From: Alphaproteobacteria bacterium
GTDB taxonomy: Bacteria > Pseudomonadota > Alphaproteobacteria > GCA-2746255
Length of the DNA: 64,000 nucleotides
Reading direction: 5' to 3'
Assembly (NCBI GenBank): GCA_021296325.1
Contig: JAGWAR010000004.1
Location: 53,126 to 117,125, forward strand
Shown: in pieces, positions 32,172 to 39,671 of the stretch
Numbering within the stretch: position 1 is the stretch's first letter
Layout: every line of letters begins with the position of its first letter
Program-made: the position numbers and the translations under genes
Notes under the pieces: model-generated
What the model saw: the letters and a program-made list of their open reading frames with translations, nothing else
Told to the model about the DNA's origin: nothing
The model's database searches: none

Positions 32172-34340
32172 ATGGTTAACGTCGGCCTTCGAAGGCGCGC
32201 CTTTCGGGGCGTACAGAAGGCAGGCAACCGCATGGCAAAACGCAACTGGCTCGGCTCTTTGCGCCTCGATCTGCGCGTGGCAGGCATCTGGCTCGCGCTG
32301 CTGCTGGCCGGCCTTGCCGGCACCTTCGGCATCCTGCGTTTTGCGGAAACGGCCTATGAACGCGACCTGCGGGTCTGGCAGGATCGCCTGCACCTGGTCG
32401 CCGACGGCCGTTTTACCGCCGTCAATGCGTGGCTCGACGCCAATTACGACCATCTGCGCGAGCTGGCCGACAACGCCTCCCTGCAGCTTTACCTCACCGA
32501 ACTTTCCCGTGCCGGCAGCGACCCCGAACAGAGTCGCGCCCTCGAGGCAAGCCGCGGCTACCTCTACAACCTCCTGCTCGCCACCGCCGGGCGCACGGGG
32601 TTCACGGCCCGGCCGCTGGGTCCCGAGGTGGCGGCGAACGTCCGGCGCGTCGGCGTCGCCGGCCTGGCGCTGCTCGACCGCAACGGCAACGTCCTCGTCG
32701 CCACGCCCGGCATGCCGCCCCTCGAAGGCGCGCTGGCCGCCGCCCTCGCGCGCGTGCCGGCGGGCGGGCGCGGGGTCCTCGATCTGCACCTGAACGCGGC
32801 AGGCCAGCCGGCGCTCGGCTTCGTGCTGCCGGTCTTCGCCGTGCAGGGCGATCCCGGCCCAAGCGCCGAGGTCGGCCGCATCCTGGGCCTCCGCGAAACG
32901 GGCGCGGCCTTCCAGCGCCTCCTCGAACAACCGGGTCTGGCCGAGCCAAGCCTCGAGACGCTGCTCGTGCGCGAGCAGGGGGCCGCGGTTGAATACCTTT
33001 CCGCGCTTCGCGACGGCACCACCGCCATGAAGAAGCGCCTGGCCCGGGACACGCCCGATCTGGCCGCCGCCGTTCTCGCCGCCGCACCCGGCGGCTTCGC
33101 GCTGCTGCGGGACTACCGCGACCGGGAAGTGCTGGCCACGGGGCGCGCTTTTACCGGCGTGCCCTGGACGCTGGTCACCAAGATCGACCGGGACGCGGCG
33201 ATGGCCGACAGCGACGCGCGCTCGAAACGCCTCATCACCGGCTTTTTCCTTGGCCTCGTTCTTGTGCTCGTCGCCTTCGTCGCGGTGTGGCGCCACGGCG
33301 CCTCGCGCCGGGCCGGGGCCGCCGCCCGGAAATACCGGGAACTCGCCGACCGCTTCGAACGCCAGAAGGACTTCCTCCATCTGGTGACGGACAACCAGTC
33401 CGACGCCCTTTACCTGGTGGACGAGGACAACCGTTACCGCTTCGCCAATCAGGCGGCGGCCACGGCGGCGGGCATTGCGCCGAAGGACATGGGGGGCAAG
33501 ACGCTGGCCAGCGTGCTTGGCCCCGCCACCGCCCGCAAGATCGAGGGGCTCAACCGCCACGCCCTCAAGACGGGAACGGCGGAACGCGCGCTGCACCGGA
33601 TCGAGGGGGCGGCGGGCGAAGGGCCGCGCATCTTCGAATCCGTCCACGTCCCGATGCCGGCGACCGAGGACATGGGGCGAAGCGTGCTCGTCGTCGAAAA
33701 GGACATGACGGCGACGATCCTGGCCCAGGAACGCCACGAGGCGACGCTCGGCCAGCTCGTCGCCACCCTGGTTGCGCTGGTCGACCGGCGCGACCCCTTC
33801 GCCGCCAACCATTCCGGGCGCGTCGCCGAGGTGGCCCGCGCCATCGCCGGCGAGATGGGGCTCGACGACATCTCCATCGAGACGGCCGAGACGGCGGGCA
33901 AGCTGATGAATCTCGGCAAGATCCTGGTGCCCGAGGAACTGCTCACCCGCCAGGGCCCGCTCGAGGAAGAGGAGAAGCGCAAGGTCCAGAAAAGCCTTCA
34001 GGCCAGCGCCGACCTCCTCGAAGGCATCGCCTTCGCCGGCCCGGTGACGGCGACGCTGCGCCAGTTGCAGGAACACTGGGACGGCAGCGGCGAACCGGAA
34101 GGCCTGGCCGGCGAGGCCATCCTGATCACCGCCCGCGTTGTCGCGGTGGCCAACGCCTTCGTCGCCATGGCCTCGCCACGGGCCTACCGCGAGGGCATCG
34201 GCTTCGATCAGGCGATCGAGAATTTACGGGAAGGCGAGGGCAGCCGCTTCGACCGCAAGGTCGTCGTGGCGCTGATCAACCATCTGGAAAATCACGGCGG
34301 GCGCGAGCGCTGGGGCAACTTCGCCAAGCTCGCCGGCTAG
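32172..34340 (+). CDS. Membrane receptor: TM, large periplasmic domain, TM, PAS, degenerate HD-GYP domain
   Basis: 722 aa (alternative start ATG 32232). TM1 VAGIWLALLLAGLAGTFGIL, about 290 periplasmic residues, TM2 ITGFFLGLVLVLVAFVAVW. HD-GYP-like C-terminus: NHSGRVAEVARAIAGEMGL, MNLGK in place of HDIGK, EHWDGSGEPEGL in place of HHERWDGSGYP. Confidence 0.8.
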   Translation: MVNVGLRRRAFRGVQKAGNRMAKRNWLGSLRLDLRVAGIWLALLLAGLAGTFGILRFAETAYERDLRVWQDRLHLVADGRFTAVNAWLDANYDHLRELADNASLQLYLTELSRAGSDPEQSRALEASRGYLYNLLLATAGRTGFTARPLGPEVAANVRRVGVAGLALLDRNGNVLVATPGMPPLEGALAAALARVPAGGRGVLDLHLNAAGQPALGFVLPVFAVQGDPGPSAEVGRILGLRETGAAFQRLLEQPGLAEPSLETLLVREQGAAVEYLSALRDGTTAMKKRLARDTPDLAAAVLAAAPGGFALLRDYRDREVLATGRAFTGVPWTLVTKIDRDAAMADSDARSKRLITGFFLGLVLVLVAFVAVWRHGASRRAGAAARKYRELADRFERQKDFLHLVTDNQSDALYLVDEDNRYRFANQAAATAAGIAPKDMGGKTLASVLGPATARKIEGLNRHALKTGTAERALHRIEGAAGEGPRIFESVHVPMPATEDMGRSVLVVEKDMTATILAQERHEATLGQLVATLVALVDRRDPFAANHSGRVAEVARAIAGEMGLDDISIETAETAGKLMNLGKILVPEELLTRQGPLEEEEKRKVQKSLQASADLLEGIAFAGPVTATLRQLQEHWDGSGEPEGLAGEAILITARVVAVANAFVAMASPRAYREGIGFDQAIENLREGEGSRFDRKVVVALINHLENHGGRERWGNFAKLAG

Positions 34341-34430
34341 GCCATCCCGCCCGTTCCGGCCATCTGGCCGTCACGAAGCCGTCATGGAACCGTCACGGGG
34401 CTGTCAAACGGCCCCGCTAGGGTTAGGCTC

Positions 34431-34580
34431 ATGACAGCTCTCATTTCCCATTTCGTGAACGAAGGCGGCGGCTTCTTCAAATGGCTGCTGGGCCTCCTGC
34501 GCGAGGACGCGCCAAAGACGGACCCGAAGACGAAGACGCGGCCCGACGAAGGCGTGACCATCCCGCCCGCCTATCTCTAG
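34431..34580 (+). CDS. Possible 49-aa small protein (below the ORF-track cutoff)
   Basis: Hand-translated: MTALISHFVNEGGGFFKWLLGLLREDAPKTDPKTKTRPDEGVTIPPAYL. About 40 of 48 third positions are G or C, consistent with coding in this genome. Weak RBS (AGGG). Confidence 0.35.
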   Translation: MTALISHFVNEGGGFFKWLLGLLREDAPKTDPKTKTRPDEGVTIPPAYL

Positions 34581-34656
34581 ACTTTTTATCCCTCTTCAGA
34601 CCGAAGACGCGTAAAGCCGGCTACTGCGCTCCGCATTCCTTGCAGCTGTTTATTCG

Positions 34657-34690
34657 TGGTGCTGCCGGCGTGGATTGAACGCGCGCGCGA
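34657..34690 (-). other. Degenerate duplicate of the tRNA-Thr 3-prime half (T-arm, acceptor 3-prime strand and CCA)
   Basis: Plus strand TGGTGCTGCCGGCGTGGATTGAACGCGCG against the true tRNA TGGTGCCGCCGGCGTGGATCGAACACGCG, 26 of 29 identical. Same orientation, 72 nt beyond the tRNA 3-prime end. Confidence 0.7.
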
Positions 34691-34761
34691 ACCGTCAGCA
34701 TCGATTGCGAAGATGGCTTCGCATCTAGCCGTTCCGGCTGGCGGGCTTGCGGCGAAATGGA

Positions 34762-34836
34762 TGGTGCCGCCGGCGTGGATCGAACACGCGACCTCACCCT
34801 TACCAAGGGTGCGCTCTACCACTGAGCTACGGCGGC
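34762..34836 (-). tRNA. tRNA-Thr (anticodon GGU)
   Basis: Hand-folded 75-nt cloverleaf: GCCGCCG TA GCTC AGTGGTA GAGC G CACCC TTGGTAA GGGTG AGGTC GCGTG TTCGATC CACGC CGGCGGC A CCA. Confidence 0.9.
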
Positions 34837-34867
34837 GAGGGGGCGAAGATGCCACACGCGGGTTAAT

Positions 34868-34904
34868 AAAAAAAGGCTCCCGCACATCCCGCGGGAGCCT
34901 TTTT
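34868..34904 (-). terminator. Rho-independent terminator of the monooxygenase operon (bidirectional)
   Basis: GGCTCCCGC-ACATCCC-GCGGGAGCC, a perfect 9-bp GC stem flanked by A7 and T5 runs. Lies 25 nt after the beta-subunit stop. Confidence 0.85.
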
Positions 34905-34928
34905 CGTCGTCCCTGAAACTTTCGGCCG

Positions 34929-35963
34929 TTAGCCGGAAAATCCGAGGCTTGCGCGAAACGCCTTCGCCGCCTTCTTGGCATCCTTGGCGCCGTCCGGCAG
35001 GTCGGGAAGCGCCCCGCAGAAGGCGTCGATCGCCTTGTCGGCCAGGGGCACCCATTTGTCGATCCAGCCCTGAAAAACCTTCTGGTTCGCCGGGTTGTTG
35101 AGGGCAAGCTCGACGAAGCTCGTCGACCACCGCCGGCTGCGCTCCGAATCCCTGAGCGCAGCGTCGGCCAGGAAGTGGACCAGCATGTCGTTGTTGCGCC
35201 GCGCCGAGGCGCCGAACTGGCGGAAGAAGGCCTCGTCGAAGGCCGGCTTCGCAACCAGGTTGATCGCCGTGAAGCTCTCGCCCATGTCATAGGCGACCAG
35301 CGCCTTTTCGAACAGCTCGCGGAACCCCTGCCAGGGGGCATCCCCTTCCCAATGCTTGCGCTCGTCTTGGCCGAAACCCGCGTCCTTGTGGGTCTTGGCA
35401 AGCTCGGCCGTGCGGTAGGCCACCCGCGAAACCCAGCGGAACTCGTCGGCCGTCTGGAACATGGCGCTGTTGGCAATCGTGCTGGAACCGGCCATCTGGG
35501 CGATGTAGGCCGAGCCCATCTGCAGGGCGCAAAGCGGATAGCGCCCCGGCGTATAAAGGCTGGCCAGCACCTTCACCCATTTCGGGTCCAGGTCCACGTC
35601 GTGCTCGGTCTCGCTGAACTCGTCCAGGATGCCGTCCACATAGGTTTCCTGGCCGTCCTGCATCCGGCAATAGGTGCGGTAGATGGTTTCGTCGGGGTCG
35701 CGGTAGGCTTCCCAGTTCTTGTACTGCAGCGGCGATTCGTCGCGGTACTTGTGGTACCACTTCGCCATCGGAATCTCCGACGAAATCTCGAAAGGCTCCT
35801 TCGTTTGCCGCTCGCCGGGGAAATCGTCCCCCGGCGCCAGCGAATCCATCAGCCAGTAGGCCTTCGTCGTGGTGATTTCGTATTCGCTTGGCCGCCGCCG
35901 TTCCTTCGCCAGATGGCTGAAGGTTTTTAGCGGTTTCAATACTTCCGGCGCTTCATCGCTCAT
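34929..35963 (-). CDS. Soluble diiron monooxygenase hydroxylase beta subunit (TmoE/TouE/IsoE-like)
   Basis: 344 aa from ATG 35963 (RBS GGAGGAAG). MSDEAPEVLKPLKTFSHLAKERRRPSEYE... Fifth position in the cluster. Confidence 0.85.
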   Translation of the reverse strand: MSDEAPEVLKPLKTFSHLAKERRRPSEYEITTTKAYWLMDSLAPGDDFPGERQTKEPFEISSEIPMAKWYHKYRDESPLQYKNWEAYRDPDETIYRTYCRMQDGQETYVDGILDEFSETEHDVDLDPKWVKVLASLYTPGRYPLCALQMGSAYIAQMAGSSTIANSAMFQTADEFRWVSRVAYRTAELAKTHKDAGFGQDERKHWEGDAPWQGFRELFEKALVAYDMGESFTAINLVAKPAFDEAFFRQFGASARRNNDMLVHFLADAALRDSERSRRWSTSFVELALNNPANQKVFQGWIDKWVPLADKAIDAFCGALPDLPDGAKDAKKAAKAFRASLGFSG

Positions 35964-35998
35964 CGCTGCTTCCTCCGTAGCCGCATGTGCAAGCGGCC

Positions 35999-36289
35999 TT
36001 ATCTTTTCTTCTCGAAATAGAACCGGGCGTGCTCGGACGAAAGGTCGATCCGGCCGGCGAAGGTGCTCAACACCACCTCCAGCTCCTGCATGACGAAGGG
36101 GCGTCCCAGAATTTTTTCCATCGTCGCGCGGCGGATGATGCAATCGTCGTCCGTCTGGATGCGGATATAGGCCTCGTGGTCCTCGATATCGAATTCCTTG
36201 CCGGGGTTGTCCTCGTCCAACGCCACGATTGCGGCGTCGGCGATTTCCCCCGTCATCAAAACCGGGCCGACCTTGTTGGTCCCTGCCAT
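35999..36289 (-). CDS. Monooxygenase effector/coupling protein (MmoB/DmpM family, TmoD-like)
   Basis: 96 aa, MAGTNKVGPVLMTGEIADAAIVALDEDNPGKEF...RATMEKILGRPF. Size and position fit the family. Confidence 0.8.
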   Translation of the reverse strand: MAGTNKVGPVLMTGEIADAAIVALDEDNPGKEFDIEDHEAYIRIQTDDDCIIRRATMEKILGRPFVMQELEVVLSTFAGRIDLSSEHARFYFEKKR

Positions 36290-36300
36290 CCTGCTTCCTC

Positions 36301-36663
36301 CTATTTATCCGTCGTGATGGCTTCGCCGGTTGCCGCGGCGAAGGTGGGCGTGACCCCTTCGACGTCCACATAGACGTCCTCGCCCTCGATCTTCACTTTA
36401 TATTCGGCAAGCGTGCAGCCGCCGGGGTTGATGCCCTCGCCGGTGTTGCCGTCGAAGGTCCATTCGTGCGCCTTGCAGGTCAGGGTGGTGCCTTCGAATT
36501 TCCCATCCCAAAGCGGCACCTGCTGGTGCGGGCAGATACCCTGAAAGGCGTGAATTTCACCGCCTTCCGGATAGACCAACAGCACCGGCACCTTGCCGAC
36601 GGGACGCATCTCCATGTCGCCCTCCCACAAATCGTCGAGCGAGCACACTTTCGTAAAAGCCAT
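36301..36663 (-). CDS. Rieske [2Fe-2S] ferredoxin component (TmoC-like)
   Basis: 120 aa. Rieske ligand motifs CPHQQ and CKAHEW. Confidence 0.88.
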   Translation of the reverse strand: MAFTKVCSLDDLWEGDMEMRPVGKVPVLLVYPEGGEIHAFQGICPHQQVPLWDGKFEGTTLTCKAHEWTFDGNTGEGINPGGCTLAEYKVKIEGEDVYVDVEGVTPTFAAATGEAITTDK

Positions 36664-36696
36664 GGGCCGTTTCTTCCTTCGTTTCTTTATTGAGGT

Positions 36697-36951
36697 CTAG
36701 TCTTCGTAATAGATCTGGACGGGAGTCATGGGCGCGAGCCCCGAATCCTTTACCTTTACGTCGCGGTCCAGCGGCGTGTCCTTGCCCTGCACGCGCACGC
36801 GAAGCGGCCCCTCCTTGGCAGGCACCCACTTACCGGCGGATTGTTCCGCCGCCGCCGCGGCCACCTCGTCCATCGTGTTTTCCGTGTCGACGGCGAGCAA
36901 ATAGATCAACACCTCGCCCTCGAAGCTCGAAACAAGTGGAAACAGCGCCAT
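36697..36951 (-). CDS. Hydroxylase gamma subunit (TmoB-like)
   Basis: 84 aa, MALFPLVSSFEGEVLIYLLAVDTENTMDEVA...PLRVRVQG. Closely parallels TmoB as I recall it. Confidence 0.8.
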   Translation of the reverse strand: MALFPLVSSFEGEVLIYLLAVDTENTMDEVAAAAAEQSAGKWVPAKEGPLRVRVQGKDTPLDRDVKVKDSGLAPMTPVQIYYED

Positions 36952-37032
36952 GATTGGAATTCCCCCCTCGATGTTCTTTACTTAAACGATCGGAGACCGG
37001 ACGGGTTGCCCGTCCGGTCTCTGTCGTTTTGT

Positions 37033-38538
37033 TTATTGGGCCGCCTTTACGTCGCGGTAGGCGTCGACCCAGGTGTATTTGTCCGCGTCGTCGCCCATCT
37101 CGCCCGGCGCAACCCCCATATAGGCAAGCACGCCCGGTATCGTCATCGGCTGAATCTCGCCGGCGAGGAAACGGTCGATGAGCGTCTTGTGCTCCTGGTA
37201 ACGGTCCGTTTCCGTCTCGAAGATCCACTTACAGGGCTTCGAGCAGAAGTGGTAAAGCCGCCCATTATGCTCAAGGGTGTGGTCGTGCAGCTTGAAGTCC
37301 TTCGTTTTCCGGTTGGGCGGCGCGACGAACGGCAGCTGGCAGATGTTGCAGAGCATCGGCAGCGTCAGCGGCAGCGTCTTCTCGACTTCGCCGTTCTTCA
37401 GGTTCTCGATGACGACGTCCCACGACTTGCCGAAGGTGTCGTTCCAGCCGGGGTATTTCTCCTCCAGCCACTCGCGCTCCGGCGGCGTCACGCCCGCCTT
37501 CGGGTCCCAGAACAGCGTCGGGCGATAGCGCCAAAGGCCCATGTGCAAGCCGTGATGGGCATAGTTCAGCTCATCCAGGAAGATGTCCCAATACCAGGGC
37601 TCGTCGATCCCCATGTCGTCGATCTGGCGCCGGTACTGGGCGATGATCCACTCCTCCATGAATTCCTTGAAGGACTTCTCGCGCTTCTCAAGCGGCGTGA
37701 AGTAATCGATCGCCGGCCCGGTCAGCGTCAGGAACAGCTTCCACGAACGCCAGAACGCATTGTCGAGGACGTATTGGGCCTCGTCCTTGTGGCCGGTCTC
37801 GACCAGGAAGCGGACGTTCGGTGCGCCGATCTGGGCGTGACGGGCCTCGTCCGTCTGGATGCTGGTGACGACGTTCGAAAACGTGTAGTCGCCCATCTTC
37901 GCGGCGTCGGCGGCCATGCTGATGAACTGCACGTTCGTATAGCCGGTCTCCAGGCAGAACCCGTTCATCAGCGTCGAGGAGACGGCGTCGCGGGTAACCA
38001 TGACGTCCTCGATGAAGTGACGCCCCGCAATCGCCGTCCAGTTGTCCGTGTGATAGGTCTTCACCGCCCAGTCCCACTGGCGGTCGTTCTTCAGATATTC
38101 ATGCGGGAAGATGAATTCGAGCTGGCCGTGACGGATTTCGTCGAGAATGCCGAAAGTGCCGGTGTTCCGCATGCCGCCGGCGCGGCCGAAGCGCGCATTG
38201 CGGCAGTTGTAGATGGCGGCGGTGAACTCGACGGAAGCGATGATCCCGTAATGGGATTTGAGAATGGAAAGCCAGCCCCGGGGCGCCTTCTCGACGAAGT
38301 GCGACCGGCCAAGGGCGGCGCGCACCGAATAGACGCCGATGTCCTTGTCCCGCTGGACGCGGACATAGTCCCGATAGGTTGTCTTGTAGGGTTCGTCATA
38401 GGTGTCCCAGACTTCCTGGGGCATGCCGTAAGGGTCGCTCATCTCCGGCGGAAAAAATTCCTCCTCCTTGACGTATTTCGGCGTCCAGGACGTCGTCCGC
38501 GCGAGATCGTACCATTCCGTCCGTTCCAGTTCGGCCAT
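37033..38538 (-). CDS. Soluble diiron monooxygenase hydroxylase alpha subunit (group-2 aromatic/alkene type; TmoA/TouA/IsoA-like)
   Basis: 501 aa. Diiron ligand motifs GILDEIRHGQ and IQTDEARHAQ. C-terminal DRFLAGEIQPMT. Four-Cys motif LCNICQ...HFCSKPCKW. Confidence 0.92.
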   Translation of the reverse strand: MAELERTEWYDLARTTSWTPKYVKEEEFFPPEMSDPYGMPQEVWDTYDEPYKTTYRDYVRVQRDKDIGVYSVRAALGRSHFVEKAPRGWLSILKSHYGIIASVEFTAAIYNCRNARFGRAGGMRNTGTFGILDEIRHGQLEFIFPHEYLKNDRQWDWAVKTYHTDNWTAIAGRHFIEDVMVTRDAVSSTLMNGFCLETGYTNVQFISMAADAAKMGDYTFSNVVTSIQTDEARHAQIGAPNVRFLVETGHKDEAQYVLDNAFWRSWKLFLTLTGPAIDYFTPLEKREKSFKEFMEEWIIAQYRRQIDDMGIDEPWYWDIFLDELNYAHHGLHMGLWRYRPTLFWDPKAGVTPPEREWLEEKYPGWNDTFGKSWDVVIENLKNGEVEKTLPLTLPMLCNICQLPFVAPPNRKTKDFKLHDHTLEHNGRLYHFCSKPCKWIFETETDRYQEHKTLIDRFLAGEIQPMTIPGVLAYMGVAPGEMGDDADKYTWVDAYRDVKAAQ

Positions 38539-38681
38539 CTTCCTAACTCCTTGGTATGTCCGGGGCGTCTAGGGCGAACCACCCCGGAAAACCGGTTTGT
38601 TCCGGAGGCGTGTCTCTACCTGACAGATGGGAAATTTTTGGCGAAAAACAACGCCGAAGCCTCCCCCGTTACCCCCTTGCG

Positions 38682-38720
38682 ACGTGAAAATTATTCCTGA
38701 TTAGAATGGGTTATTCACGT
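38682..38720. promoter_or_regulatory. Inverted repeat ACGTGAA-N25-TTCACGT in an AT-rich patch upstream of the monooxygenase operon
   Basis: Arms at 38682-38688 and 38714-38720, about 145-180 nt upstream of the alpha-subunit ATG. Lies in the 336-nt divergent intergenic region and is visibly AT-rich compared with its surroundings. Confidence 0.3.
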
Positions 38721-38874
38721 TGCCGCGATTTTACACAGGAACGCATCCCCTTTCCAAACGGAATCTGCCCCTTTTCGGGGGCGCGCCGGAAAGGGTTAAG
38801 GGCGCGAGAGCCTTGCCTTGACGCCTCGGGATTCGCACCGCATCCTGCGGCGTCGCAGGCAAGGGGAGTGCAAC

Positions 38875-39030
38875 ATGACGCCAAGCAACGCCCGTCCGGG
38901 AGAGCCGAAAACCAAGCGCCTTTCGCCGGTGCAAAAAGACCGCCAGGCGCGCCGCGCCGCGGCGCTGCGTGCGAACCTGCGCAAGCGCAAAGCGCAAAGC
39001 CGGGTGCGCCGCGGCCAGGAGAACGGCTGA
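38875..39030 (+). CDS. Small basic protein (51 aa)
   Basis: [51 protein letters not shown]. Its stop overlaps the dcd start (TGATG). Confidence 0.5.
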   Translation: MTPSNARPGEPKTKRLSPVQKDRQARRAAALRANLRKRKAQSRVRRGQENG

Positions 39031-39584
39031 TGGGGATCATGCCGGACAGCTGGATTCGCGAAATGGCCCAGACCCAGGCCATGATCGAGCCCTTCGTCGA
39101 ATCCCAGAAGCGCGAGGGCGTCATCTCCTTCGGCCTTTCTTCCTACGGCTACGACGCGCGCGTCGCCGACGACTTCAAGATCTTCACGGACGTCGATTCA
39201 GCCGTCGTCGATCCGAAGTCCTTTTCGCCGCAAAGCTTCGTGAACCGCCAGGGCCCCGTCTGCATCATTCCGCCGAACAGTTTCGTGCTGGCGCGCACGG
39301 TCGAATATTTCCGCATTCCCCGCGACGTGCTGGTGATCTGCCTCGGCAAGTCCACCTATGCGCGCTGCGGCATCATCGTCAACGTCACCCCGCTGGAGCC
39401 GGAATGGGAAGGCCATGTGACGCTCGAATTCTCGAACACGACGCCGCTGCCGGCGCGGGTTTATGCGAACGAGGGGGCCTGCCAGTTCCTGTTCCTGAAG
39501 GGCGAGGGGCCCTGCGAGGTCTCCTACAAGGACCGGGGCGGCAAATACATGGGCCAGAAGGACGTGACCCTGCCCAAGCTGTAA
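39030..39584 (+). CDS. dcd: dCTP deaminase
   Basis: 184 aa from ATG 39030. [13 protein letters not shown]...SSYGYDARV...[19 protein letters not shown]. Confidence 0.9.
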   Translation: MGIMPDSWIREMAQTQAMIEPFVESQKREGVISFGLSSYGYDARVADDFKIFTDVDSAVVDPKSFSPQSFVNRQGPVCIIPPNSFVLARTVEYFRIPRDVLVICLGKSTYARCGIIVNVTPLEPEWEGHVTLEFSNTTPLPARVYANEGACQFLFLKGEGPCEVSYKDRGGKYMGQKDVTLPKL

Positions 39585-39671
39585 GGCGGCTCCCTTGCCT
39601 CGGGGGCGCGTTCGGCCTATTTCTCCTTGCGGCTGCATTCCGTTTCCAACGTCAACGCGAAGGTTGAAGGC

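Noticed and set aside
34341-34760. Possible two-piece (permuted) alphaproteobacterial tmRNA, suggested by the CCA-ending tRNA-like fragment
   Set aside because: I found no tag reading frame (no ANDN...AA-type ORF ending in a stop) on the appropriate strand downstream. The fragment matches tRNA-Thr rather than a tRNA-Ala-like acceptor with a G:U pair.
34586-35476. Minus- and plus-strand ORFs running through the tRNA-Thr gene and its terminator (34586..35476, 34656..34916, 34621..34806)
   Set aside because: They span a well-folded tRNA and a strong terminator, and are incompatible with those features.
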